A stretch of DNA of 64,000 nt, taken from Euglena gracilis. Lineage: Eukaryota. Below are positions 48,301 to 59,200 of this stretch, piece by piece. The DNA is taken from assembly GCA_039621445.1 (NCBI GenBank), contig CP154954.1, forward strand, positions 45,735,847 through 45,799,846. The letters run 5' to 3'. The notes under the pieces are model-generated. The model worked only from the letters and a program-made list of their open reading frames with translations, searched no databases and had not been told where the DNA came from. The position numbers and the translations under genes are program-made. Numbering within the stretch: position 1 is the stretch's first letter; the number at the start of each line of letters is the position of its first letter.

Positions 48301-48729
48301 AGTGTACGTCCAAAGCTTTCCCTTTTTCCCTTTTTGGGACTTTCTGTAAAAGCCTTTCGCTTTCGCCTTGGTGCGCAGCCTACTTATGGTAGGGAAAAGT
48401 CTTTGGAGTAACGAAAAGTGGTTTTCCCCTTTTCTTCCCAATTCCCCAAGAGGCAAAGCACAAAGCAAAGATTCAGAAGTTTTCTTCTGAGATCAAAGTT
48501 GATTGTTCTGAGGGTTTTTCCCTCTGACAAATCCAAAGGTGAAACTTGGAGATTGTGAGAGTAAAGAATACCACCTGTGGGGGAAGGAGAGAAAAGTGCT
48601 GACGTGTCCAGGGGCAGATCCCAGAAGGGTCTGCCACGATCTTACCAGCTGTGGGTTTCCACAGTGGTGCGACCGTCACAGAACCCACTCTGCAGATATC
48701 CTACAGAGCTGGGACGTGCCTGGTACACA
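48301..48729 (-). repeat. 3' LTR of element 2, inverted
   Basis: Reverse complement of the 5' LTR; PPT GGGAGGGGGA on the minus strand at 48730-48739. Confidence 0.93.
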
Positions 48730-49439
48730 TCCCCCTCCCAGGGCTACGCCCGATTTCCTTCATGGACCAGGGTTTCCCAGTCCAGTCAGGATATCTGACG
48801 CTGCCCCAGGTGGGGTTCACTTCTCCATGGAGGTCAGAATTAATTTGTAACATAGGAGACATTTGGTTTATTTTTTTTGGTTATGTTTCAAAATTTTAGG
48901 GCATGATGCACAAATCAAATTCCTGGTGAACATTCTTCTTTTTGGAAAAGTATTGCAAATTTTATTTTTAAAGAGATGATACTTACGCGTAGCTCTGCTT
49001 CTGTTTGATGGGTTTGTCCAAAAAAGGTGATCGCAACATTTCTCTTTGTTTGATGAAAATTACCTGACTCGGAAAAAGTATTCTTTCCTTTGATTCTCCC
49101 TCCAAAAGTTAGCGTTTGCAATTCTCCTCATTTTTTTTTTAACCAATTCGGAAAAAAGTTGTCCAAAACAGGGTTTTAGGTGACACAAATGGTGGAATTA
49201 TCTCCTTCCTTCCTCTCTAAACCGCAATTCATCCCATTTCGCAAAATTATTCCGCGCACGCGCAGTTCTGTAATGGCCGTTTCCCAAACAGCGGCATTTA
49301 AGGGCTGTATTTTCCATATGGTTGAAAATGCTTCTAGCGGACGTGGCAAAACCTACATCACTTCAGAACGACTTCTTGCAACAACTTCAAATCTCCCAGG
49401 CACCAGCCGGAATCTATAGGCACGGCTTGTGCGTCTCGT

Positions 49440-49625
49440 TTGTGTGTGTGTGTGTGGTGTGTGTGCGTGCGCGCGTGTGTGTGTGTGCCTGCGTGCGTCT
49501 CGGGTGTGTGTGTGTGTGTGTGTGTGTGTCTGTGTGTGTGCGTGCGTGCGTGTGCCTGCCTGCCTTCGTGCGTGCGCGCGTGCATGCGAGCTTGTGTGTG
49601 CTTGTGTTCCTGTGTGTCCGTGTGT
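49440..49625. repeat. (TG)n/(TGCG)n microsatellite
   Basis: Seen directly. Confidence 0.95.
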
Positions 49626-50234
49626 TTGGAAAACACCTTGTGCAAGTCGAGGAGCACTAAGGGGAGGCTTGCAGGCTTGAGATCCTGAGGATAAGGCGTG
49701 TAACTTGGCAAAATTGGTGGATCCTGAAGTAGAGGCACGGAGAAGGCCAAAGGAAGACAAGCAAAAACAAGTTATTTGTGGCATAGGAAATCACGCCAAA
49801 CAATGACTCTTTTAAATACGGCCATTTTAGAAACTTTCGCAACGTGGAACGTGGTCTTGACACCCTGCACAATGAAGATAGGACGAGAGGCCCCGCCCCT
49901 GCACCACAAAAGGTAGGCCGTGAAAGGGTGATTGGTGAGAGGGGGGAACGGGGCACCATCCTGTCTCGGCAAAAGCTCCTTTTTGAATTAAGTTTTCTTT
50001 TTGTATTTCTTCTGAATTAAGTTTTCTTTTTTTACTTCTTCTGAATATGTTTGCCGTTATTTGCATCAGGCCTGCCGTTCCGAAAGTTAACGTCAAGAGG
50101 TGGGTGTAAATGAAAACTTCAAAGAAGAAAGTGACGATCTGGGTGAGCGATGCTTCATTTTAATGTGACCTTGAACCAGGCACCCATTTCGATTCTCAAA
50201 ATGTTCGTAGTCTTGTCCTCCGTTCCTACTCTAG

Positions 50235-52210
50235 TTATAGGTGCCGCCCCGGCGGCGCGAATGTCAGTAGGATTTGGGGGAGGGGCCCCGAATCCACAGA
50301 CGAGCAGTTAACGCTACTGGGAAAACTTTGAATAAAAAAAATGGGGGTATCTCAAATCGATCAGTTTCCGGACGGGAATGTCCCCCTGCTGTCCGGAGGC
50401 TCAAATCGGCTCCGTACGGAAGATCGGCCGCCCGTCAGATATGTGGTGCGCATTCCTAAACTGCACGTGGTGGTATAAGAATTTGGTTCTAACTCGCTTT
50501 GTAGCGGGAGATAGGGCTCGCATTCGGCAGACGGGCGGCCGCGATTGACGGCGATGCAGACTGGAGGACTGGAAAGAGAGAAAAAAAAAAGGACTGGAAT
50601 GAACACAAGAAGGTTTGTCAACCATCTATTTATTTTCCATCCAGATCACAGCGCAATCTAAAGAATTCATTTGTAACTATCAATTATTTTTTTTGAAACG
50701 AAATGGTGATTATGTTTTTTTTGATGCTTTGCACTTCACAGTTGAGGTATGATCCCTGTCACTTGTTCTTTGCGGAGTTGATCTTTTCAAGTTGCTGCTG
50801 AAAATAGGCTGTGTTGATCTTTTCCGCAGTTGTGCTGGTGAAAACTTTTGAGAAAATCTGTCACTCACACGTCACATGATTTCGCAGGATAATGTCAAAA
50901 TGTCTGTGTTAAAACGACTTTTCCTACTTCTTTTGCTTTCATTTTCTTCAGTTCCTTCACCTTTATCTCAATTCCCTGATGAAGGAATTCGACACACAAC
51001 ATCAACTCTGGGCTGTGTTGGAAGCTGGGGGGTGAGCAGGGTGTATCCTGAGGAATCATGATGCATGAAATGTGTGAGATGTTGCAGGAATGATCGTTGT
51101 CACAGATACCCAGATGAAACGTTCAGGATTTTTTGTTTGGAATATTGTTCTTGAAAAGGTCCTTATGAAACAGCTACATGCCACAGACTTAATTATTATG
51201 CCTCCTACTTGCATATTTTGCCAAACACCAGGTGAAGACGGTCTGCATCTGTAAAAACACAAGCACTGCAACTGAAAACAAACAGGCACTATGTTACAAA
51301 AATACAAAAAAATGCAAATTTGAAATTGAAATGAAATGCTCAGCCAGTTATGGACCACTGGTCTTTTCGGTACTTGTCTGTTATCGCACGACATACCCCC
51401 CCCCCCTTTTGGTTATCGCACGACACCTTATTTTTAGTCTTATTAGGTTATTTTAAGGAGTAGGGTTAGGTGCGCTCAGGCAATGTTGCGCTACATGGCC
51501 ATGTTGCGCTACATGGCCATGTAGCGCAACATGGCCATGTAGCGCAACATTGCCTGAGCGCACCTAACCCTACTCCTTCAATAACCCCATATAAACCAAA
51601 AAAAGGGCGTCGTGCGATAACCAAAAGGGGGGGGGGGTATGTCGTGCGATAACAGACAAGTACTGTCTTTTCTTTGATCTGTTTCTCCAAACATTGTTGT
51701 TTTTTTGTTTCTTTTATCGTTGGATGGAAACTCTTTTTTTCCGTTCACAGATTTTCACAACATTTTTTGAATGGCAGCCTTCCCCCCCAGTCTTTGGGGC
51801 ATCCCCTGAAATATTTTTTTTTAAGGCAGCCCCCCAGGTTTTGGGCACAGTCCGTACTCCTCCTCAGTTTTTGGGCCACGCAGCCCCTTTCTTTTTACCC
51901 CCCCCCCACGACCGCGATCCGTGCTTTTTTTGGGCAGCCCAGGTGATAAATTAGGGCCACGGTCCGTACTTCGGGCATCCCCCCCCCCGAAACATCTGGT
52001 GCGTACGAGAAAACGGCAGCCCAGTTGAAAAAAAAATGGGCCGCAATCTGTGTTTTGTGAGCCCCCCCCCCCGTAAATTTAGACTACGATCTGTACTTTT
52101 TCATGGCAGCCCAGGTTGACAGTTTTTTTTCAAAAAAAAAACATCTTTTATAATGCCACTTTTTTAAAATAAAATAAAAAGTCATCAAGAGCCTCGAGAA
52201 ATTTTTTTTA
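50235..52210. mobile_element. Large repeat, copy B (truncated)
   Basis: Same start as copy A; similarity ends after GAGCCTCGAGAAATTTTTTT. Confidence 0.8.
51373..51660. mobile_element. Foldback MITE with TA duplication, present only in copy B
   Basis: TA|CTTGTCTGTTATCGCACGACATACCCC...GGGGTATGTCGTGCGATAACAGACAAG|TA; central palindrome of 18-bp units; absent from copies A and C. Confidence 0.85.
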
Positions 52211-52213
52211 TAC

Positions 52214-52326
52214 ACAAATTGTGGCTGAGCCCAGATTTCAGCCTGAAAACGTGTTCAGCCAGGGGCCCCCGAAGGGGGCCCCTGAACACGTTTTCAGGCT
52301 GAAATCTGGGCTCAGCCACAATTTGT
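52214..52326. repeat. 113-bp near-perfect palindrome with a GAA loop
   Basis: ACAAATTGTGGCTGAGCCCAG...GGGGCCCCC-GAA-GGGGGCCCC...CTGGGCTCAGCCACAATTTGT. Confidence 0.9.
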
Positions 52327-52437
52327 TTAAAAACGTTTTCAGAGCCCGCCAAATGCCTGCCCTGAAATTCGTGGTCATGATTCACGCAAGGGGTCAAAAA
52401 CGCCAATTTGTGAAATTCGGACCCAAAAAACGGCGCC

Positions 52438-52577
52438 CTCACTGAAAACGTGCCTGAACCCGGATGCCTTCACTGAAAACGTGTCATTGACACAAATGCC
52501 CTCACTGAAAACGTGCCTGAACCCGGATGCCTTCACTGAAAACGTTGCATTGCCACAAATGCCCTCACTGAAAACGT
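52438..52577. repeat. 63-bp tandem repeat made of CACTGAAAACGT subunits
   Basis: Units start at 52438, 52501 and (partial) 52564. Confidence 0.8.
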
Positions 52578-53151
52578 GTCACCCCCCCCCTTTTTTTCTT
52601 TTTTTCTTTTTTCCCGCAGCCCTGCCAATATGGCCAAACGCACGGCAAACTTTGTGAATGGTCTTTTGCCACCTCCCCCTAGGACGGACCCCCTTCATGG
52701 CACCTTGCTGGCACAGGGCAACACAAAGAAAAAGTCCGGCTCCGTAGGTGCAGAGCTTGCTGCTGTTGCCAACTGTTTGGAGTTCGCCAAACTGTGTCAA
52801 CATCGGCAAGCCTCTTATCCTGAGCTGGATGCTTTCTTTGTTGCCTGGACGGGATGGGAGCTGGAACCCAGCCTGTTGTTCGATGAGGCGAGCGTCATCG
52901 AACAGTGTGTGGTCCCCTGACCAACCCCCTGTGCCTCGTGCTGTGTCCCGACTGCCAATAAAACACGAGAAATGTGGTTTTTGTGGTGTTGCCATTCCCA
53001 AAAATCCAAATTGTGTGGAGCTGAACAAAGTTGTCTGTGACGCCAAACAAACAAAGTTGTCTGTGAACAAAGTTGTCTGTGATTGGCATATCATTTTCAT
53101 TGCCAAGATTTGGCAAAAGAGCCAAAGTATGGCTCTTTTGTGTCAAGAAAC

Positions 53152-53251
53152 TGTGTTCGGGCCAAGACTTAGGGGGAGCCCAGGGGCGGGGACCGCGACG
53201 CCGAAGGCGCCGCGGTCGCCCCTGGCCCCCCCTAAACCTTGGCCCAAAACA
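53152..53251. repeat. Imperfect 100-bp hairpin with a CC-GAA-GG cap
   Basis: GGGCCAAG..TTAGGGGG..GACCGCG-CGCC-GAA-GGCG-CGCGGTC..CCCCCTAA..CTTGGCCC. Confidence 0.75.
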
Positions 53252-53260
53252 CTGTTCTTG

Positions 53261-56200
53261 TTATAGGTGCCGCCCCGGCGGCGCGAATGTCAGTAGGATT
53301 TGGGGGAGGGGCCCCGAATCCACAGACGAGCAGTTAACGCTATGGGGAAAACTTTGAATAAAATTTTTTTCGGGTATCTCAAATCGATCAATTTCCGGAC
53401 GGGAATGTCCCCCTGCTGCCCGGAGGCTCAAATCGGCTCCGTACGGAAGATCGGCTGCCCGTCAGATATGTGATGCGCATTCCTAAATTGCGCATGGTGA
53501 TATAAGAATTTGGTTCTAACTCGCTTTGTAGCGGGAGATAGGGCTCGCATTCGGCAGACGGGCGGCCGCGATTGACGGCGATGCAGACTGGAGGACTGGA
53601 ATGAACACAAGAAGGTGTCAACCATCTATTTATTTTCCATCCAGATCACAGTGCAATCCAAAGAAGTCATTTGTAACTATCAATTATTTTTTTTAAGCCG
53701 AAATGGTGATTATGTTTTTTTTGATGCTTTTCACTTCACAGTTGAGGTATGATCCCTGTCACTTGTTCTTTGCGGAGTTGATCTTTTCAAGTTGCTGCTG
53801 AAATTAGGCTGTGTTGATCTTTTCCGCACAGGATAATGTCAAAATGTCTGTGTTAAAAACGACTTTTCCTTCTTCTTTTGCTTTCATTTTCTTCAGTTCC
53901 TTCACCTTTATCTCAATTCCCTGATGAAGGAATTCGACACACAACATCAACTCTGGGCTGTGTTGGAAGCTGGGGGGTGAGCAGTGTATCCTGAGGAATC
54001 ATGATGCATGAAATGTGTGAGATGTTGCAGGAATGATCGTTGTCACAGATACCCAGATGAAACGTTCAGGATTTTTTGTTTGGAATATTGTTCTTGAAAA
54101 GGTCCTTATGAACAGCTACATGCCACAGACTTAATTATGCCTCCTACTTGCATATTTGCCAAACACCAGGTGAAGACGGTCTGCATCTGTAAAAACACAA
54201 GCACTGCAACTGAAAACAAACAGGCACTATGATACAAAAATACAAAAAATGCAAATTTGAAATTGAAATGAAATGCTCAGCCAGTTATGGACCACTGGTT
54301 TTATCGTTGGATGGAAAGTGTTTTTTTCCGTTCACAGATTTTCACAACATTTTTTGAATGGCAGCCTTCCCCCCCCCAGTTTTTGGGCACAGCCTTCCCC
54401 CCCCAGCAGCCCCCCAGGTTTTGGGCACAGTATGTACTCCTCCTCAGTTTTTGGGCCACAGTCCGGCATTTTTTTTTAAAGGCAGCCCCCTTGAAAAATT
54501 TCGGCCTTGGTCCTTTCTTTTTACCCCCCCCCCCCACCGCGATAGGTGCTTTTTTTGGGCAGCCCAGGTGATAAATTAGGGCCACGGTCCGTACTTCGGG
54601 CATCCCCCCCCCGGAAACATCTGGTACGCACGAGAAAACGGCAGCCAGTTGAAAAAAAAATGGGCCGCAATCTGTGTTTTGTGAGCCCCCCCCGTAAATT
54701 TAGACTACGATCTGTACTTTTTCATGGCAGCCCAGCCAAGGTTGACAGTTTTTTTTCTTCAAAAAAACATCTTTTATAATGCCAAGTAAAATAAAATAAA
54801 AAGTCACCAAGAGCCTCGAGAAATTTTTTTAAAGGATTTCTTCGACAAAACTGCTGGATATCACTAATTTTGGTGCCAAAAGCCCACTTTAACTTCAATT
54901 TTTTAAAAAAACTGTTCAAAAATCTTAACTTGGGATTTGGCCCAACAACTCCATCGGCAGTTTCTCAAAAAAAAAAAGCCAAAAAATGGATTTTTTGTCG
55001 ATTTCTGGAAAAAGATTGAAGTTTTTGAAAAATTGGTGTTCTTCACCAAAAACAGGCATTTTTTGCATTTTCAAAAAAAAAACAACGCGTTTTTAAAAAA
55101 GCATCTCAGAATTTTGGGACACAATCCGTATTTTTTTGGCAACCCAACTGAAATCCAGCGGTTCCGGCCTTTTTTTTGGGTTGCTCAGCTGAACATCTAG
55201 GGCCACAATCAGTGTCTTTGGGGGGGGGGGGCAGCTGAAAATTCAGGACCACAATCCATGCTTTTGTTCCCCCCGAAAATTTGGACCACACGGGGGTTGG
55301 TACACCCCTCCCCCCCCCCCATCTCCGAGGGCCTCGCCACGCCATTTACCCCCCCTCCCCCCCCCCTAGCCGGACCCCCTCGCCACGCCACCGGCGATTT
55401 TCGCGTTTTTTTGAACGAAAATTTTGTTGGAAAACCATGATACACCCCTCCCCCCCCCTGGTCGCCGACCCCCTCGCCACGCCATTTACCCCCCCCCCCC
55501 CCCCCCCCCTATTCGGACCCCCTCGCCACTGTACTTTTTTTTGGTCACCCCTCATCCCCTCTCGAATTTAGGGCCACAATCCGCACTTTTTTTCGGGCAG
55601 CCCCAGCTGAAAATTCAGGGCCACGATCCCCCACCTTTTTTCAGGGGCAACCCCCCGAAACATCGGGGCCACACTCCGTATCTTTGGGGGGGCAGCCCAG
55701 CTGAAAATTTGGGGCCACAATCCTTGCTGTTTCTTTGGGCAGAAAGCTGAAAATTTAGGGCCACGATCCGCACTTTTTGGGTCCGGGGGGGTTGAACAAA
55801 AACACCAGGTTCGCACATCTGGAAAACCCCAAGGTGCAACAAAAGTTTACCCTAATTCTGAAGAAAAACCCCCAAAAAAGTGCGGATAGATGGACCCTAA
55901 CCCTACTAAAATTTTCAGCTGGGGTGCTCAAAAACAGCATGCGTCGCGGCCCATTGCGTTGGGGGGGGGGGTGCCCAAAAACAGTTCCCAGAATTCAGCT
56001 AGCTGGCAGCCCAGCTGAAAATTTAGGGCGAAATCCGTGCACAAAAAAACCCACCGAAAAACCATAAATCTGGGAATCCCCAAGCAGTGCAACAAAAATT
56101 TACCAACCGCAATCACCCTTACCCCCCCCCCCCCAATTTGGCAAATGCCAAGGCTCATTCAGACCCTCAAGTGGACAATCAGGGGGGGGGTTCGAGGACC

Positions 56201-59200
56201 CCGACCCCCTAATTTTTATGTGCAAAATTTGTCGGTTTTCTGTACATATTTGGATTCGTCATGACTTTTTCTAATCGGACAAATCCTGAAATTTTCGAAA
56301 CGGACGTTTTTGGAGGATTTTCCAGCCCTTTTTGCAGCCTTACCGAAGCTGGCCGGTCTTGTCCCGGAGGCCAATTAACCAATCAGGGGGTGAGGGTATG
56401 AAAAAACCCAAAAATGGGTTTTTTCATCCGTGCTTTCAAAAAAGCTTTGTTCCCCCCCCCCCCAGCAGCTCAGTTGAGAATTAAGGGCCACAATCTGCAT
56501 TTTTTGTGCAGCCCCCATCCCCGAAATATTTGTGCTGCAATCCATACTGTTTTCGGGCAGCCCAGGTAAAAATGTTGGGTTAACGATCCGTACTTTTTTT
56601 TTGGTCAGCGCCCCCCCCCCCAATTTGGGGCCACAATGCATGCTTTTTTGGGCAGCCCAGCTGAAAATTTTGGGCCATGATCTGCTGGGGCACCTCCCCC
56701 CAAATATCTGTGCAATGATCCGTACTGTTTTTTGAGCAGCCCAGCTGAAAATTCAGGGCCGCGATCCACATTTGTAATTTTTGTTGGACCCCGGGTTTTT
56801 CAGATTTATGGTTGGTAATTTTGTTGGACCCCCCCCCCCCGGGGTTTTTTTGGAATCACCGTTGGTGGTAGTTTTTTGTTGGACCCCGGGTTTTCCCAGC
56901 TTTAACCCCCTGGGTTTTTGGGTCATGGTTGGTAAATTTTGTTGGATCCCCCCCGGGTTTCACAATAAATGGATATTTTTCACACAGACAGCATGTTCAC
57001 TCTCTATGCGATCGGTGGCATTCAGGGATTCCTGTGTTTTCTTTTCAGGGTCGCTGAACATCACAAAGGAAGAAGTCATTTTTAAGTATGTTCAACAATC
57101 ATGCTCACCAGGGATTGAGATTCAGGAAGTGAAGGTGAAGTGTGTTGCATCTTTGTTAGAAGGTAATCTGTTGAAGCGTTTCATTTTTACCTTACTTTTT
57201 GCTGTGTGCATCAGTCCGTGGTTGGCTTGTAAATTTGGTTGTGGATTTCATTAGACACAAATTCCCTGGACTTTTGCCCTTTTTTTTTTTTACAGAATTA
57301 CCGTTGGTAAATGGACCCCCAGGGATTTTTCAAAATTGCGGTTGGCAAATTTTCTTTGGACCCCTGCTGGGATTTTTCAAATTTATGGCTTGGAAATTTC
57401 TATTGGAACCCCCCTGTGTTTTCAGAAGTGCGGTTGGGGAATTTATATGTAAGACCCCCCTGGGTTTTTTCAGAATTACGGTTGAGAAATTTTTGTTGGA
57501 CCCCTGGGTTTTTTTTCGGTTGGTAAATTTTTTGGGTCTGTTAAGATACGACGGACCCCCCCCGCTCCCTTTCAGTTATATTGCGCCGCCCTTTAAATGG
57601 TCAGAGACCCGCATGCCGGTGTGGTTTTTGTGGTTATTGCCACGTTGCCACATTTTGACACAATTGCCACATTTTGTTGGGGGTGTTCCTCCTTGAACCC
57701 CCCCCCCCCCGTGGTTTATCAACTGTAATTCTGAAAAACCCAGAAGGGGTCCAACAAAATTTGAACCGAAGGGGGTCCAACAAAAATTTGCAAACAGGGG
57801 TTCCAAAGAAAATTCACCAACCGTAAATTTCTGAAAAAAGCCTGGGGCCTCACACGCAATGGCCAACCGTGAAACTGCGAAAACCCAGAAGGGTTCCAAC
57901 AAAATTTCACCAATGGTAATTCTGAAAAAACCCTTGGGGAGGTCCAACAAAAATTTGCCATCATAATTCTAAAAAAACCCAGGGCCATAATTCATGAAAA
58001 AACCCCAGGGGGTGCAACAGAAATTGGTATTTATCCGTTATGGTGGGACGGGACCCTTTCGGTTGTGGTGCAACGCCTTCTTTTCCTCTTAACTGTGACT
58101 GTGCAGGGTTATTTGGAGGAATGGTGTTTGGAGGAAAATGCCTCCATGTTCAGGATGGCAAATGTTCAGGATGGCAAATCCCCTTTTGGGGGCCGGAGGG
58201 TTGGCGGGCTTTATCTTTCTTCACCCCCTGTTCATCTGAAAAAATCCTGGGAGGGTTTTTGACATTTAACGAAAGGGACAACAAAATTTAACGACCATTC
58301 TAAAAAAACGTAGGGGGGGACAACAAAATTTACCATCTTTTTGCATTCCGCAGAACAATGGTTGGGGAATTTTCGGTCCCCCCCCCCCCCCGGGGTTTTC
58401 CAGGTTTACAGTTGGTGAGTATTTGTTCGACCCCCCCCCCTGGGTTTTTTTCAGAATTACAGTTGACAATTTTTTGTTGGAACCCGTCTGGGTTCCCAGA
58501 CTTGCGGGTTGGCCAATTTTGGTGGCCCCCCCCCCCGGGTTTTTCAGAATTACGGTTGGAAAAGTCTTGTTGGCCCCCCGTGGGTTTTTTTTCAGAATTA
58601 TTACGGTTGTGAATTTTTGTAGAGCCCCCCCCCCTGGGTTTTCTCAGAATCACGGTTTGGAAGTTTTAGTTGGACACCTCCTTGCTTTTTTCAGATTTAC
58701 AGTTGGCAGTTTTTCGTTGACACCCCCAAGGTTTTTTTCAGAATTACGGTTGGCAATTTTTTTGGCCCACTGGAATTTTTGTGGCACCCCCTGGGTTTTT
58801 TTTAAAAAGTTCAAAAGAATATGGTTTTTTTTTCTCAGAATTAATTTTCCCTGTGTATTTTCCATAATTACGGTTGCTGAATTTTTGTTGGACCCCTGAA
58901 TTGTTTCAGGCAGACGTTTGTTGGACCCCCGTGCTGGGTTTTTTTCCAGAATTTATTTTTGTTGCGATCCCTGTGGTTTTTTTTACAATTATCATTGATG
59001 AATTTATGTTGGACCCGACCCCCCTGGGTTTTTGAAAATTGCAGTTGGGAAATTTGTGTTGGACCCCCTGGATTTTAACAAAATGACGGTTGGTTTTTTT
59101 TTTAGAATTGCAGTGGTAAATTTTTTGTTGCATCCCCTGGGGTTGAAAAAACCCAGATTTTCGGCTGACAAATTTTTGTTGGACCTCCCCAGAGGCTTTT

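Larger units (their letters stand above)
30787..48729 (+). mobile_element. Ty3/gypsy chromovirus-like LTR element 2, near complete, 3' end inverted
   Basis: 429-bp LTRs at 30787-31215 (+) and 48301-48729 (-) with one visible mismatch; TSD CTCAC (30782-30786, reverse complement at 48296-48300); order gag, PR-RT-RH-IN-CHD, ORF3. Confidence 0.93.

Noticed and set aside
30787-48729. DIRS-type element, suggested by inverted LTRs plus an MT domain
   Set aside because: It has a DDE integrase, protease, PBS, PPT and a 5-bp TSD and no tyrosine recombinase; the LTR inversion is secondary.
49322-49784. VC- and HT-repeat ORFs
   Set aside because: They are translations of the (TG)n microsatellite.
51461-51470. 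Telomeric TTAGGG seed
   Set aside because: Fewer than two units, and it lies inside a MITE.
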